From: Takakia lepidozioides
Lineage: Eukaryota > Plantae > Bryophyta
Assembly (NCBI GenBank): GCA_030704615.1
Contig: CM060731.1
Location: 82,584,001 to 82,648,000 of the forward strand
Reading direction: 5' to 3'
DNA: 64,000 nucleotides
Part shown: piece by piece, positions 25,601-37,200 of the stretch
Layout of the letters: every line of letters starts with the position of its first letter
Position numbering within the stretch: the stretch's first letter is position 1
The notes under the pieces: generated by a model
Told to the model about the DNA's origin: nothing
The model's database searches: none
Seen by the model: only the letters and a program-made list of their open reading frames with translations
Program-made: the position numbers and the translations under genes

Positions 25601-26601
25601 AAGGCTGCCGGCATGGGAGGCATCTCTTGGTTTGTCGGAGCTCTCAAAGATTCCTCGGGCTCCGACTCCTCGGATTCCTCCCGCTCCTGAGCGGCCTCGT
25701 TTTCGGAAACATTAATCGCTTCCTCAAACGGCCGCCTCGGTGACACGTCGCCCCCATCGGGCTCACCGGGATCATCATCTTTTGGGCCGTTCCGCTTTCG
25801 CTTCGGCTTGCCCGACCCCATGATGAGGCCAATCCCAAGGACGATCGCGTACTGAACTCTAAGCTCTGATACCAAATGTCGCACACCTCAGTTCGGTAAA
25901 CTCCCCTTCAAGTCATAGTTACTCGCTTTGATGCGCGCGCCTGACTCCCAACCTGGCCGCCGGGCCAACTTGGAGTTTCGGCTGCTCACCGGGACATAAC
26001 GGTCCCCTTCCGCTTCCCTCTAAACCCTCCACCTATTTGGGACTAGGAGAATTCCCTTTGGTAGATGGCAGTCCGGAACAACTCCCCACTCTTTGGTCGC
26101 TTTCCGGCTCGCTCGCTTACTCACTAGTTTTTGGTCACCAACGGGCTTGCACCGTTCTCGGTGTTACTACTCCCTATATATACTTCTGTAGCTGTCCGCG
26201 GGGGTTTCATAACCAGCCATGCCATTTTATGGCGAACCACCACGAAAACCCTCGACTCCCGGTGGTGAGTCGCGGTGAGTCTTGGCCCACTCACCGCGGC
26301 CCCAATGGACCGTGATGAGTCCCAAGACTCCCCACGACTCCCACCTCGAGGTCTCCACCCCATGGTGAGTCCTATGCCACCCCCACTAAGTCCCACTAAG
26401 CTACCACCACCCCTTGTGGAGCCACCTCCACCGCAACCCAGTGTGCGGGGCTCCACCTAGTGAGCGCCTCCGCCTCCTTGAGTGCCTTGGGCACTCAAAG
26501 GTGCTTCAGCCCCCCCATACCTATCGCTGCCGCTGCCCCCACCACAGGGGCAGCCCCTCATGTGTCCCGACCCCCTGCCCTCAAGGCAAAGGGCCGCGAC
26601 A
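19631..26601 (-). mobile_element. Full-length Ty3/gypsy chromovirus LTR retrotransposon (copy 1)
   Basis: 725-bp LTRs 19631-20355 and 25877-26601 (TG..CA, about 4 differences seen); TSD ATGGA; PBS TGGTATCAGAGC (tRNA-iMet) 25863-25874; PPT next to 20356. Confidence 0.98.
21207..25821 (-). pseudogene. gag-pol (Gag, CCHC knuckle, PR, RT, RNase H, integrase, chromodomain) with frameshifts near 25565, 25197 and 21285
   Basis: [47 protein letters not shown]; frameshifts from comparison with copy 3. Confidence 0.95.
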
Positions 26602-26606
26602 ATGGA

Positions 26607-27667
26607 CGTCTCCTTGCCATTATGACTGACCTAGGATATCCCATAGATGTAATCCAGCTTATCGTAAATATCTATACGAATAATACCATGGAATATACAG
26701 GAGCCTACTATGGCTCCACCCCCCCTATCCCAATCCTATGGGTACCATTCAAGGTGATACACTAAGCCCATATCTACTTATAATCTTCTTGGAACCCCTC
26801 CTCAGATGGCTTGCTCGCGGTAAGTTAGGCTACCACTTCAAAACCTCCTCCAGCAACATTTCTGCGGCAGCATATGCCGATGACCTAGCCATCATTTCAC
26901 ACAAACCACAACACATCAACCGACAAGTCACCAAACTACACCGCTTCAACCTATGGTCGGGCATGGAACTTAGCCTCCACAAATATGTAATCACCGCAGC
27001 TACACATCACAGCCGACTCACCAAATCCAGCATTGCCTCCCAATGTAAACTACACATCCACTATCAAAACAAACCATTCCCCTTTCTCGGGCCAGACGAA
27101 CCATATACATACCTAGGTATGCAGCTAGTACCCTCACTCACATGGCATGTCCAAAAATCAGCTACCATCCGACCCAAGCTATCAATTATACAATTAGTTC
27201 TCAAAACCCTGCAAGTCCAATACTCTTTTCACACCACCCCCTTCTCCTTACCTGACATCAAAAAACTTGACAAAAAGATTGTCCAGCTCACAAAACGGGT
27301 ATGTGGCCTACCTACTAGCACCCCTAATGCCCTCACCCAACTCCCCACTGACTGCTATGGGATCGGATCGAGCCCCCTAATCATTTCCTATGCTCGTACA
27401 CTTGGTACACAAATAAAAGAAGCTCTTAATGACCCTGGTCGGTTGGGAATCATCTATCAAGGACTCCTTAAATTCCTCGCCCTTAAATACAATGGACTGT
27501 ACTCACTCCCGTCACTACACCCGCAGGCCTGCCTGCACTCCCCTACAGCCCGTACACTGCTCATTCTACGACAAATGAACATCAACATACAAACCGATAT
27601 ACCACACTACCCCAACTCCTCATCACAGTTAGAACGAGCTTGGCTCACCAGCCCGTTCCTCTCTTAA
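26607..27667 (+). pseudogene. LINE reverse transcriptase, 3' part
   Basis: GTIQGDTLSPYL, AYADDL, YTYLG. Confidence 0.9.
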
Positions 27668-28208
27668 TTTACCCAATCCCACCCTAAACAATGAACCCCT
27701 ACCCTCTCATACTTCCGAGAGCGACATGTCACCACTCTCACCCAGCTCACCACCGCATCCGGCCACAAACTTCTCTCACCGAAGGAATTCACCCTCAAAT
27801 ACTCTAGGACCACAAACATTATCTCCGCACCCTATTTTGCCACCCATCCCCCTCATGCACTCCGGACTGCAGAATCCTTTGCCCATACTGCACAGTGCCA
27901 CGTCAGCGCTCACGCCACGTCAGCGCTCACGCCATGTCAGCATTTGTCGCCATATCAGCATGATGACATCACGCTCACGCCACGTCATCCTCCAAAAGCT
28001 TAAATTGGCTTCCGCTAATAACGACATAGCCACCCCCATCTCTACCCCACAACAACACTCACCCACCCACCCCCACAACACGCCAACCCAAGGTAACTTC
28101 CAAAACACACCCACTACATCTGCCTCATTAGACGCAACCCCCCCTCCACCCCCGTCACCAACCCCACCCACCAATACCCGACCGCATAACTCTGAAAACC
28201 CAAATGCA

Positions 28209-28352
28209 TATGTTAGTGAAGATATCATTGGCATAAAGACCCAAACATCGATTGACTCCTTCGGGGCCACCTGTGTAGACACTTACTACCACTGCAAATG
28301 GGCTGGCTACCCCTCTGAGGACAACACCTGGCAAATTGAGGAAGATCTCTTT
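28209..28352 (+). other. Chromodomain within LINE ORF2
   Basis: YVSEDII...TYYHCKWAGYPSEDNTWQIEEDL matches Y.VE.I...Y.VKW.GY...NTWE.E..L. Confidence 0.75.
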
Positions 28353-28829
28353 GGATCCCACGACGACTGTGACCCCGCATATAACCTCAACCTCCTGGTC
28401 ACCTTCCACAAATGCACCAACACTAACTTTCTTACTCATATCCATCAACAACATTCGTCCTCTGCTCAACCCATGGACATGCGATTCATCCAGACTCCGA
28501 TACTAGCCCCCAATCTCCACATCTGCATAACTGAATGCAACCCCGACAAAGACATTAACCACGATCCCCCCATGATCTGCATGGGCCCCCGCCTTTCCAA
28601 TATACACGCCCAAGGCGGTCGATTCATTGGCTTAATCCCGAATAAGCGTCTAAAATGGCTCTGGGGAAAATACTCTGCTACACCCCCCTCGCCACTACCA
28701 TTACAACCTCCTAAACAAGACTTTGCCACCGAAATTAACTGGTTAGTAGAGCGATACCTCAAAGACCCACCCCCCCCCCGCCCGCCGAAAAAACCACGCT
28801 CCCCCCAACGACTAACCCAAGCATGTACC

Positions 28830-29110
28830 CACAACACCTTACCTTTTGACATCCTCACACTGCTCATTAACTCATTTCAACTCACCCACTCATATTATTC
28901 CAACCCCCTTACATGCCCCATGGAACTAACCACTTACGCCAGTCCGCACCATAGAGATTGCCTATTCGGCGCCACAGGCACAGCCACACAACACACATGG
29001 GCCGGCTCACCCCTCTCCAAGCCCCCCGACACATGATGCCCTCCAATGGGCGCGTCTCCCCGCCCACGCATCTCCATCTGCCCTCACAATACTTATCCTC
29101 ACCGAACAAA
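28830..29110 (+). other. PCIF1/CAPAM-like methyltransferase-like segment within LINE ORF2 (degenerate)
   Basis: HSYYSNPLTC..TTYAS..RDCLFGA......W.G...KPP resembles ECFASPFNC..YCS..D.YFGS.....GS..ANPPF. Confidence 0.45.
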
Positions 29111-29541
29111 AACTGCCTAACAACTCCCATCCCCTCCTCCGCCTACCCACAGGAGCGCATCTACTAGCTAGCATAGAACCAAACCAACTCGAATATACAC
29201 ACACCCCCCCCCCCCCTCTCCCCAAATATCTCAAACAAAAGAAACCATCCCTCACCCTTGTCCTTCTAGTGCAGAGCACCCCCCCGACAAACATCCCCCC
29301 TGACTTCCTCCACTGCCTACAGAATCTACTCACACAAACTCATAAACTGAAAGCCAACATCGCATCCCCCTACACTACTGAACATGAACATCTCTATTGT
29401 CCCCTCCGCAATATCAAACCTAACAAGGCATGGCTAAAAGAACTGCCACGCCCACCATATGCTACCCCTACTCAGGCCATACCTACCATTCCCCAAATCT
29501 ACCGACAAATCATACCCCTCAAATTCCCCCCCTCCCACTCC

Positions 29542-29635
29542 AACTACACAGATGGATCCCTCATAAACGCCGATGCCGGGTATGGTATATACCACGCGGC
29601 CACCCAGCAGGGGACCGCCCTCCTGCTCCCTGGTC
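29542..29635 (+). pseudogene. Start of LINE RNase H domain, truncated
   Basis: NYTDGSLINADAGYGIY. Confidence 0.7.
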
Positions 29636-29882
29636 TAATCTCGCTAACTTCCCCCCACCTTACTATATCTTTAATGATAGCCTTACCTCCCTCTCCTCTC
29701 GGGCCAAATTTGTGCGTGGAATCCCCCTTCTCTAGGCAGAGGGTGGCTGCCTCATGACCCGGAGCAAACTTTGGCTTCTTCTCGCCATCAGTCTCCTCGG
29801 CAATGAGGACCTCCCAAGACTCCTAGGCATCCATCCTCATTTTATTAGTTTTTCATATACACGAAAGCATGCATGAAGAAGC

Positions 29883-30416
29883 TTACACATGGGGGAAAAA
29901 AATAGAATGGAAAGACAAGAGACAAATATTTAGATAGCATACCTGCGAGCAGGTTGGAGGCCTCTTGGGAACGAGCCCCCTCTTTGTTGCCTGCCGGATC
30001 TCCATCCTCGCACAATATCGCTTGTCCCTCATGTTCTTCCCGATCAACCCCATCAACCGGGTCTCACTCCAATGACCCCCAAAGATAGTTTCTATCTCGT
30101 CCACAAACTCTCTACGATGTGCCCATGGTTGTTGGGTCCACTCCACATGCCAAAGGAACCACCTAGCTGCCTTTGGGAAGACATATTTCTTCATGACCTC
30201 CCAAAATTCCCCCATAGGATATCCACAGGAATTCACCTCTAAAGGTGGGATCGGAAGTACAACATTTTCTCCCTTCTTTCTATGCTTCTTGGTCTTCCCT
30301 CCCTTGCCACTACTAAGCGCTACCACATCAGAGTTCTTCCCACTAATCCCACTTGTATCTCCCGACACATTGGGCTGACCACCAGTGCCCTCCTCCCGCA
30401 CCCGGACATCTCTCAA
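29883..30416 (-). pseudogene. Exon fragment of an unidentified, probably DNA-transposon accessory, gene
   Basis: 177-aa ORF with W-rich helical segment and CAG|GTATG donor at ~29943. Confidence 0.3.
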
Positions 30417-30499
30417 CTCTACGACATCCTTGCGAGACCTATTCCTTGTAGTGCAATTTGCCTAAATCCCTATGGGCAGATGCTGTCAGTACTGTTGTC

Positions 30500-31305
30500 C
30501 AGAACCATCGGGTTTGTACTTGAATTTGTACACCCACTTACATTTAACTGCCTTGCGTCATTTTGGCAATATCTGCAATTCCCATGTGTCGTTAAAAATG
30601 AGAGAATCTATCTCCTCCTTCGTGACTGCTTTCCACGCTTCTGCCTGCAGAGAGACGATCGCTTCACTGTATGATAGTGGCTTAGTTACGGTCTCATCCT
30701 CATGTGCGAGACATGCTCTGTCCAGATGCAGAATGTTGTCGTTTCGTGGACATATCCCAGTCACCATACCGTTGAGGCTGTTTCCGCACCCTAGGGATGT
30801 CCAATGTCTTATCCAGTTGTTCATCCAAGTTGTCTGACTCTTCCGCTGAGGAAGATGCGCTGTTGGTCATGACGACAGAATTGGCTTGATTATTCTGAGA
30901 GCTCGTAGAATTGGTGTTGACTGGAACAACTATGTATGCAGTCCTGTCTTGCTCCATGCTATTTGGAAGCACAATCGTCACATTGTCTTGTGATATCTGT
31001 GGCAGACATAAGAGCGATTCTCCCTCAAATGATTCATCAAAGATGACATTGGTACTCGTATTAATCTTCTTTATACCAGGAGTCTAGAGTTGGAACGCCT
31101 TACTTTCTTTGTTGTAGCCAACAAAGATCAGCTTTTCACTTCTCAGATCTAACTTCTTCCGAAGTTGTTTGGGAATATGCTTATAGGCGACACAGCCAAA
31201 TGTTCTGAAGTATGACACATCTGGTACTCGTTTGTGAATGATCTCGAATGGAGTTTGGTTAATCAGCTGTCGTGCACCTAAGCATCGTGCCACAACATAC
31301 ATCGT
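30500..31305 (-). pseudogene. Ty1/copia fragment: integrase 3' part to start of RT
   Basis: TPFE...RTFGCVAY.HIPK..RKKLD..SEK.IFVGY; PLSYSEA...W..A..EE; CKWVYKFKYKPDGS. Confidence 0.85.
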
Positions 31306-31339
31306 TGTCCACCACACAATCTAAGCACACAATCCTAGA

Positions 31340-31774
31340 AAGCTATACCACAATGATAAGAGATGAGAAATGAGAGAAATAGAAGACAATGAAAGCTCTC
31401 AAAGCATGAAGCAATCACATGAAGAACAAGCCCTAGTCCTTCCCAGTGAAATCCACTCTATCACATAAACTAAGTCAAGCCAAGGGCAACTTTGCTAAAG
31501 GAATCCACCCTACAAAGCCCTCAACACACTCCCTCTCAATACCTAGAGCTATGGAGGTGAGAGAAGCTCATGGAGGCTCAACTACAAGAAGATGAGCCTC
31601 CTCAACACTCACAAGGGGAAAACCTATCTCCATGTCTCAAGTGAGGCTCGACACCTCACTTGGCATGTGAGACCAAATGAAGTCCCAACACACAAAATAT
31701 AAATATAAATATCTAAAATGTCCTACTTAACTAGAAGTAGGTAATTCTAGATAACCATGACTAAAACCATGACA
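31340..31774 (-). mobile_element. Probable LTR (~420 bp) of another family with degenerate PBS
   Basis: Minus strand starts TGTCATGG at 31774 and ends ...TATCA at 31354, followed by TTGTGGTATAGC. Confidence 0.35.
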
Positions 31775-31783
31775 CAGCCTTTT

Positions 31784-32195
31784 GTTCAAAGATCTATTCA
31801 GCCATGCTCGTTGCCAAAGGCTATTCACAGAAAGCCGGCATAGATTTTGATGAAACATATTTGCCAGTAATTCAACACGCTTTTCTTCGAACTATTTTTG
31901 CACTAGCAGCATCACAAGATATGGAAATGGTACAATTTGATATCAAGACTGCATTCTTGAATGGGGACCTCTTGCAGGTCATTTTCATGCATCAACTAGA
32001 GGGTTTTCTTAATGAAGAGAAGCAAGACCACGTCTATTTTCTGAAGAAAAGTTTGTATGGCTTAAGCCAAGTCGCCCGTCAATGGAACAAGAAATTCGAT
32101 GGTTTCTTGGTAAAAATACCATCTTGTCCCTAGCAATGCTGATCCCTGTGTATATTTGTGGCAGCATTGAAATAATTCTTGGTATATGGATTGAT
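31784..32195 (+). pseudogene. Ty1/copia RT fragment
   Basis: LVAKGYSQKAGIDFDET, QFDIKTAFLNGDL, LKKSLYGLSQ.ARQWN. Confidence 0.9.
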
Positions 32196-32484
32196 GCCAC
32201 GCCGTCGCCGGAAAGGGGCCTGACCTCATTCCCCCACCAGCGCGCTAGGGGGCTGCGACGCCCCCGGGATGCTGCGACACCGGGGAATCGCAGCGCCGCA
32301 ACCCCAACGACGCTTTTGCGACCGCCGGGCGCTCCTGCGACGGCGGGGAATCGCAATGCCCAAAATAATAATAATAATAATTGCGATTCTCCTCCGTCGC
32401 AAGAGCGCCCGGCCGTCGCAAAAGCGTCGCTAGATAGAGAGAAATCCCTGCAGGGGTCGTGCTCTTCAACCCAAAACCAACCGG

Positions 32485-34140
32485 CCAGTTGACCATCCAC
32501 CCGCAGGTTTTTTGTAGCTATCCTTCTACATGGACTCATAGCTGGTAATCTGGAGCTTGAAATCCGGCCCTCTTGGATGAATCTGGACCCACACTCTATC
32601 CCTGCTCCTTCGGCTATCCATGCGTCTGCACAAATCATGCATACATCCTCGCCTTGCTGTTAGCAGCTGACAATGACAGCCTAGAATTGTTCCAGCAAAC
32701 ACCCCAACGTCCCTACTTATCACACTAGTTCCTATGCTGACTTGCGTCTACTTCCAACAAGCATTCACCTTTTGCCTCGATTGTTCCACCATTGACTAGG
32801 GTCGAAAACGTATTCATTCCAGAGCTTCTCCTCGACTCTGTTATCTGTTTTTCGATATTTTCCTGTCGACCACATTGGCAGTAACATGTCAAAAGCACTC
32901 CAAAACCACCATAGATCCACCAACGAGCTAACTTGCAGAATTCAACATGAAAATTTAGGGACGACTATGATAGTAGGGGAAAACAAGGTGAAATAAGTTG
33001 ATGAAGGTACCTTCATTAGCAATGCCTTGTTCTATCAATTGTGCTGATGCCGCTGTTGTTTTCAGTTGACCATCTACCCACTTGTAGCCGCTGTGCTATT
33101 GAAGAAGGTGCCTTCATTACCAGTGCTTGATTTTATCAATTGTGCCGCTGCTACGGCGGATTCCAGTTGACCATCTACCCATGCAGGTTTCTTGTAGCTA
33201 TCCTTCCACAGGGAATCATACATAATCTGGAGCTTGAAATCCGGCCCTCTTGGATGAATCTGGACCCACACTCTATCCTTGTTCCTTCACCTATCCATGC
33301 CTCTGCACAAATCATGCATACATCCTTGCTTTGCTGCTAGCAGCTGACAATGACAGCCTAGATTTGTTCTAGGAAACACCAACTCAACTTATCACACTAG
33401 TTCCTATGCTCAATTGAATATGTTATTCTCTGTAATCCAATAGACATTCACCTTTTTGCCTCGATTGTCTCACCATTGACTGGGTCAGAAATGCATTTTA
33501 TTATTATTTTAATATGCGCTACCACTAGAATTGTCGATTGCACTTATTTAAATTAAATTACAGACGAGTTATCTAAAGTTAAATTGGAATGTCTAGGATG
33601 TGGAGTCTAGGATTTTAGACTGACAACCTGCAAGGGGTTTTTTGTATATTTCTTTGTATTTCCATCCCAGTTAACCGATGGTTTATAAGATATGCTATGA
33701 AAAAGTTTCATGTCAAAGTCACTCCAAACTATCAAAAGCTAATTTGCAGAATTCAAGGCCAATTCTGATAAGAGGGAAAACATGGTGAAATGTGTTGAAG
33801 AAGGTGCCTTCATTAGCAATGCCTGATTTATCAATTGTGCCACTGCTGCTGCGGCTTCCATTGACCATCTACATATGCAGGTTTCCTGTAGCTATTGATC
33901 CACAGGGAATCATAGGTAATTTGAAGCTTGAAGTCCGGCTCTCTTGGATGAATCTGGACCCACGCTCTATCCCTGCTCCTTCAGCTATCCATGCCCCTAC
34001 ACAAATCATGCATACATCCTTGCCTTGCTGCTAGCAGTTGACAACGTAGCCTAGAATTATTCCAGCAAACACCCCAACCCTACTTATCACAATAGTTCTT
34101 ATGTTGACTTGCATCTGCTTCCAACAGGCATTCACCTTTT
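32485..34140. repeat. Three diverged copies of a ~300-bp core within ~690-bp segments
   Basis: gcttgaaatccggccctcttggatgaatctggacccac at ~32553, ~33231 and ~33927 with shared flanks. Confidence 0.85.
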
Positions 34141-34213
34141 TGTGCACATCCTGCAAGCATCGCGTTCCACGACACCACATCTTGTTCAGCCAAAGTGTTG
34201 ACCACTCCCTCCA

Positions 34214-37200
34214 TGTTGCGCACCTCACTTTGGTAAGCTCCCCTTCAAATCATAGTTACTCGCTTTGATGCGCGCGCCTAACTCCCAAACTGGCCGTCGG
34301 GCCAACTCGGAGCTACGGCTCCTCACCGGGGCATAATGGTCCCCCTCACACTCTCACTCGACCCTCGACCTATTGGGCTCAGTGGAAATTCCCTTTGGTA
34401 GATGGCAGTCCGGAACCGCTCCCCACACCTTGGTCGCTTTCCGGCTCGCACGCCTACTCACTAGTTTTTGGTCACCAACGGGCTTGCACCGTTCTCAGGG
34501 TCACTACTCCCTATATATACTTCTGTAGGTGTCCGCGGGGGTTCCACAAGTAGCCAAGTCCAAATCTGGTGCACCACCACTTAGACCCTCGATCGTCCCT
34601 GTGGTGAGCCGCGGTGAGTCTTGGCCCACCCACCACGGCCCCAATGGACCGTGGCTCCCAAGACTCCCCACGACTCCCACCACAAGTCCTCAGCCTCATG
34701 GTGAGTCCTATGCCACCCCCACTACGACTCCCTACGCTACCACCACCCCTCGTGGTGCCCCCACCACCGCCACCCGTTTTGCGCCCTACTGAGCGTCACC
34801 GCCTTCTTGAGTGCCCTCGGCACTCAAGAGTGCTTCAGCCCCCTTTCCTATTTGCTGCCACTGCCTCCATCACAGGGGCAGCCCCTCTTGTGTCCCGACC
34901 CCCCGCCCTCAAGGCAAAGGGCCGCGACACACACCCCTACCAATGAGGAGTCGATGTCCTCATCGACTTGTCTTTTTTGTGGAAACTAACATCCAAGTTG
35001 TGGTGTCCCACATCAAGGAGTTTGTTTCCGTACCATGGCGTCCCATGGCAAAGAACCAAACCCCCACTTGACTCTACACTCCATCAGCTAGTTCGGCCTA
35101 CTTCCTCCAAGTCCCGGCCAAGGGTGGAGCCTCTCAAGCTCCACCCAGTGCACTCTTCTTGGCCCACTTCAAGGCCAAGGAACGATCCTCCCTGAGGATC
35201 GAATCGCCTTACTGCAACAACATTGCTTGCGACTGCTCACGATGCTGTTTTTTTTTTTTTTTGGCATCACCTTGAGCAAGGGTTCACCTTGAACCCTTTT
35301 TTACTAGGAAGATAATCTTGAACTAACCGTGCACCCCAATCACTACAATTGGGTCCGCCTTGGAATGTTGGCCTGAGGTACGGGAACACGCCGAAGCCGC
35401 ACTACAACTTCGTCCCGAGGCTACACGATTATAGTACGTGAACGGAAGCACGTAGCTTCCGCATTAGCCCGCACTATAAGGCAACCCCCTCGGTAGCGAA
35501 GTTATTGTACGCGTACTCGCCAGGTATGGATTAGTACGTGAACTCCCAAAGAAGGCACAAGTTTTCTTGCCCCTTGGATGGGAGTCACCCGATTTCGGCA
35601 CTTCGCAAACACACGATTAATCCAATTTACCTCTCCCACTTTTGTAAGCTAGCATGCATTCTACACACTAGCCAACCATACCATGCATCACCATTCCAAA
35701 TTAAATAGGAAACACAACATTTGGAAACCATTTCATTTAAAACAAAATTTGTACAACACAAGTTTTTGCTTGAGCTAGCTAAGCCGGACTAAGCATGCAT
35801 TTCTTCCCCCCACGATCCAAGGTTGATGTTCCCATCAACGCTTCTTCCGTTTTTGAGGTCGCCCTTCAAAAGTTGCAACCGCCTCGGATGCTTTTCCCAT
35901 TTCTGAGGCACGCACCCAAGTTGCCTCCACTTGATGATAGCCCTTCCATTTCACGATATACTCCGTTTCTCGATTCTTGAACCTCCTCGACTTAAGCACC
36001 GCCTCCACCTCGTACTCAGGTTCATTTTCATGATCCAACAGCACAGGGGACGGACGCAACACTTCATGCCAATTCGGACGCGCTTCATCTTTAAAGGGAA
36101 ACGTGGAAAACTGGATGCACCTTATTGTTTGCCGGCAGCTCCAATTCATACACATTCTCATTCATAACCTTCCGGATGCGAAAGGGCCCCGCATACGAAG
36201 GTACGAACTTCGGACTCACTTCCGGAGGTAGTCGAAAATTCTTGATGTTCAACCAAACCTCCGTGCCTGCCTCAAACTTAACTTTCATCTGCATCCGATT
36301 CACCTGCCGTTCATACCGTTTCCTAGCTTTGGCAATGTTGTACTTTGCGAGCTCCAACAAACGCTCGCGTTCTTCTAGCACCGCTGTTGCTGCCGGCTCC
36401 TCACCGTCCTGGGCGGCCCAACTTGTTGGCACCAGAGGTGCTTTTCCATAGACCAATACGAAAGGGAAAACTCCCGTTGCGGAGTGTTCTGTGTTATTAT
36501 AACAGAACTCTGCCGCATCCAAGTGCTCCACCCAGTCCGACTGGTTTGCCGACACATAATTCCGCAAGATCTGCTTCACCACGAAGTTCACTCTTTCCAT
36601 TTGGCCGTCCGTTGTAGGTCGGAAGGCCGTGCTCATCTTGAGCCTCGTCCCCATCTTCTTCCAAACTGCCGTCCAAAATTTACTTGTAAATTTTGGATCG
36701 CGGTCGGAGACAATATCCTTCGGGAGTCCATGATGCTTGAAGACGTGGGCGAAGTAAAGTTGCCCCGATTCCTGCGCAGTTGTCGTCTCCTTGGTGGGGA
36801 TGAAATGGCCCATTTTACTGAACCTATCCACCACCACCATGATTGCATCGAATCCTTTTGACAGCGGCAAAGCAGTCATGAAATCCATCGAGACACTCTC
36901 CCAAGACCCCTCTGGAATCGGCAAAGGTTGTAACAGCCCCGCTTGCTTTTTGTATTCGCTTCGGTTTTGCTGGCATGTGGTGCATGTCTTGACATACTCC
37001 TCGGCCTCCTCCTTTAGTTTGGGCCAGAAATACTCTTTCTTCAAGAGTGCCGCGGTGCGCTTGGCTCCGCCGTGGCCCACAAGCGGGCCATCATGGCATT
37101 CTCTCAAAAGACCATCTTTGGGCCCTCCCTTCAGCACGTACAGACACTTTTGCTTGTACCAGAGCAATCCTTTATGCAAGTGGAACAGCGACTTAACCCC

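Larger units (their letters stand above)
12236..29635 (+). mobile_element. APE-type non-LTR retrotransposon (LINE), degenerate, 3'-truncated within RNase H, with three nested insertions
   Basis: Ordered ORF1, APE, RT, RNase H motifs with uniform C/A-rich plus strand; RT reads FGSLDHG|RLLAIM across the gypsy insertion; 5' boundary not determined. Confidence 0.85.
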
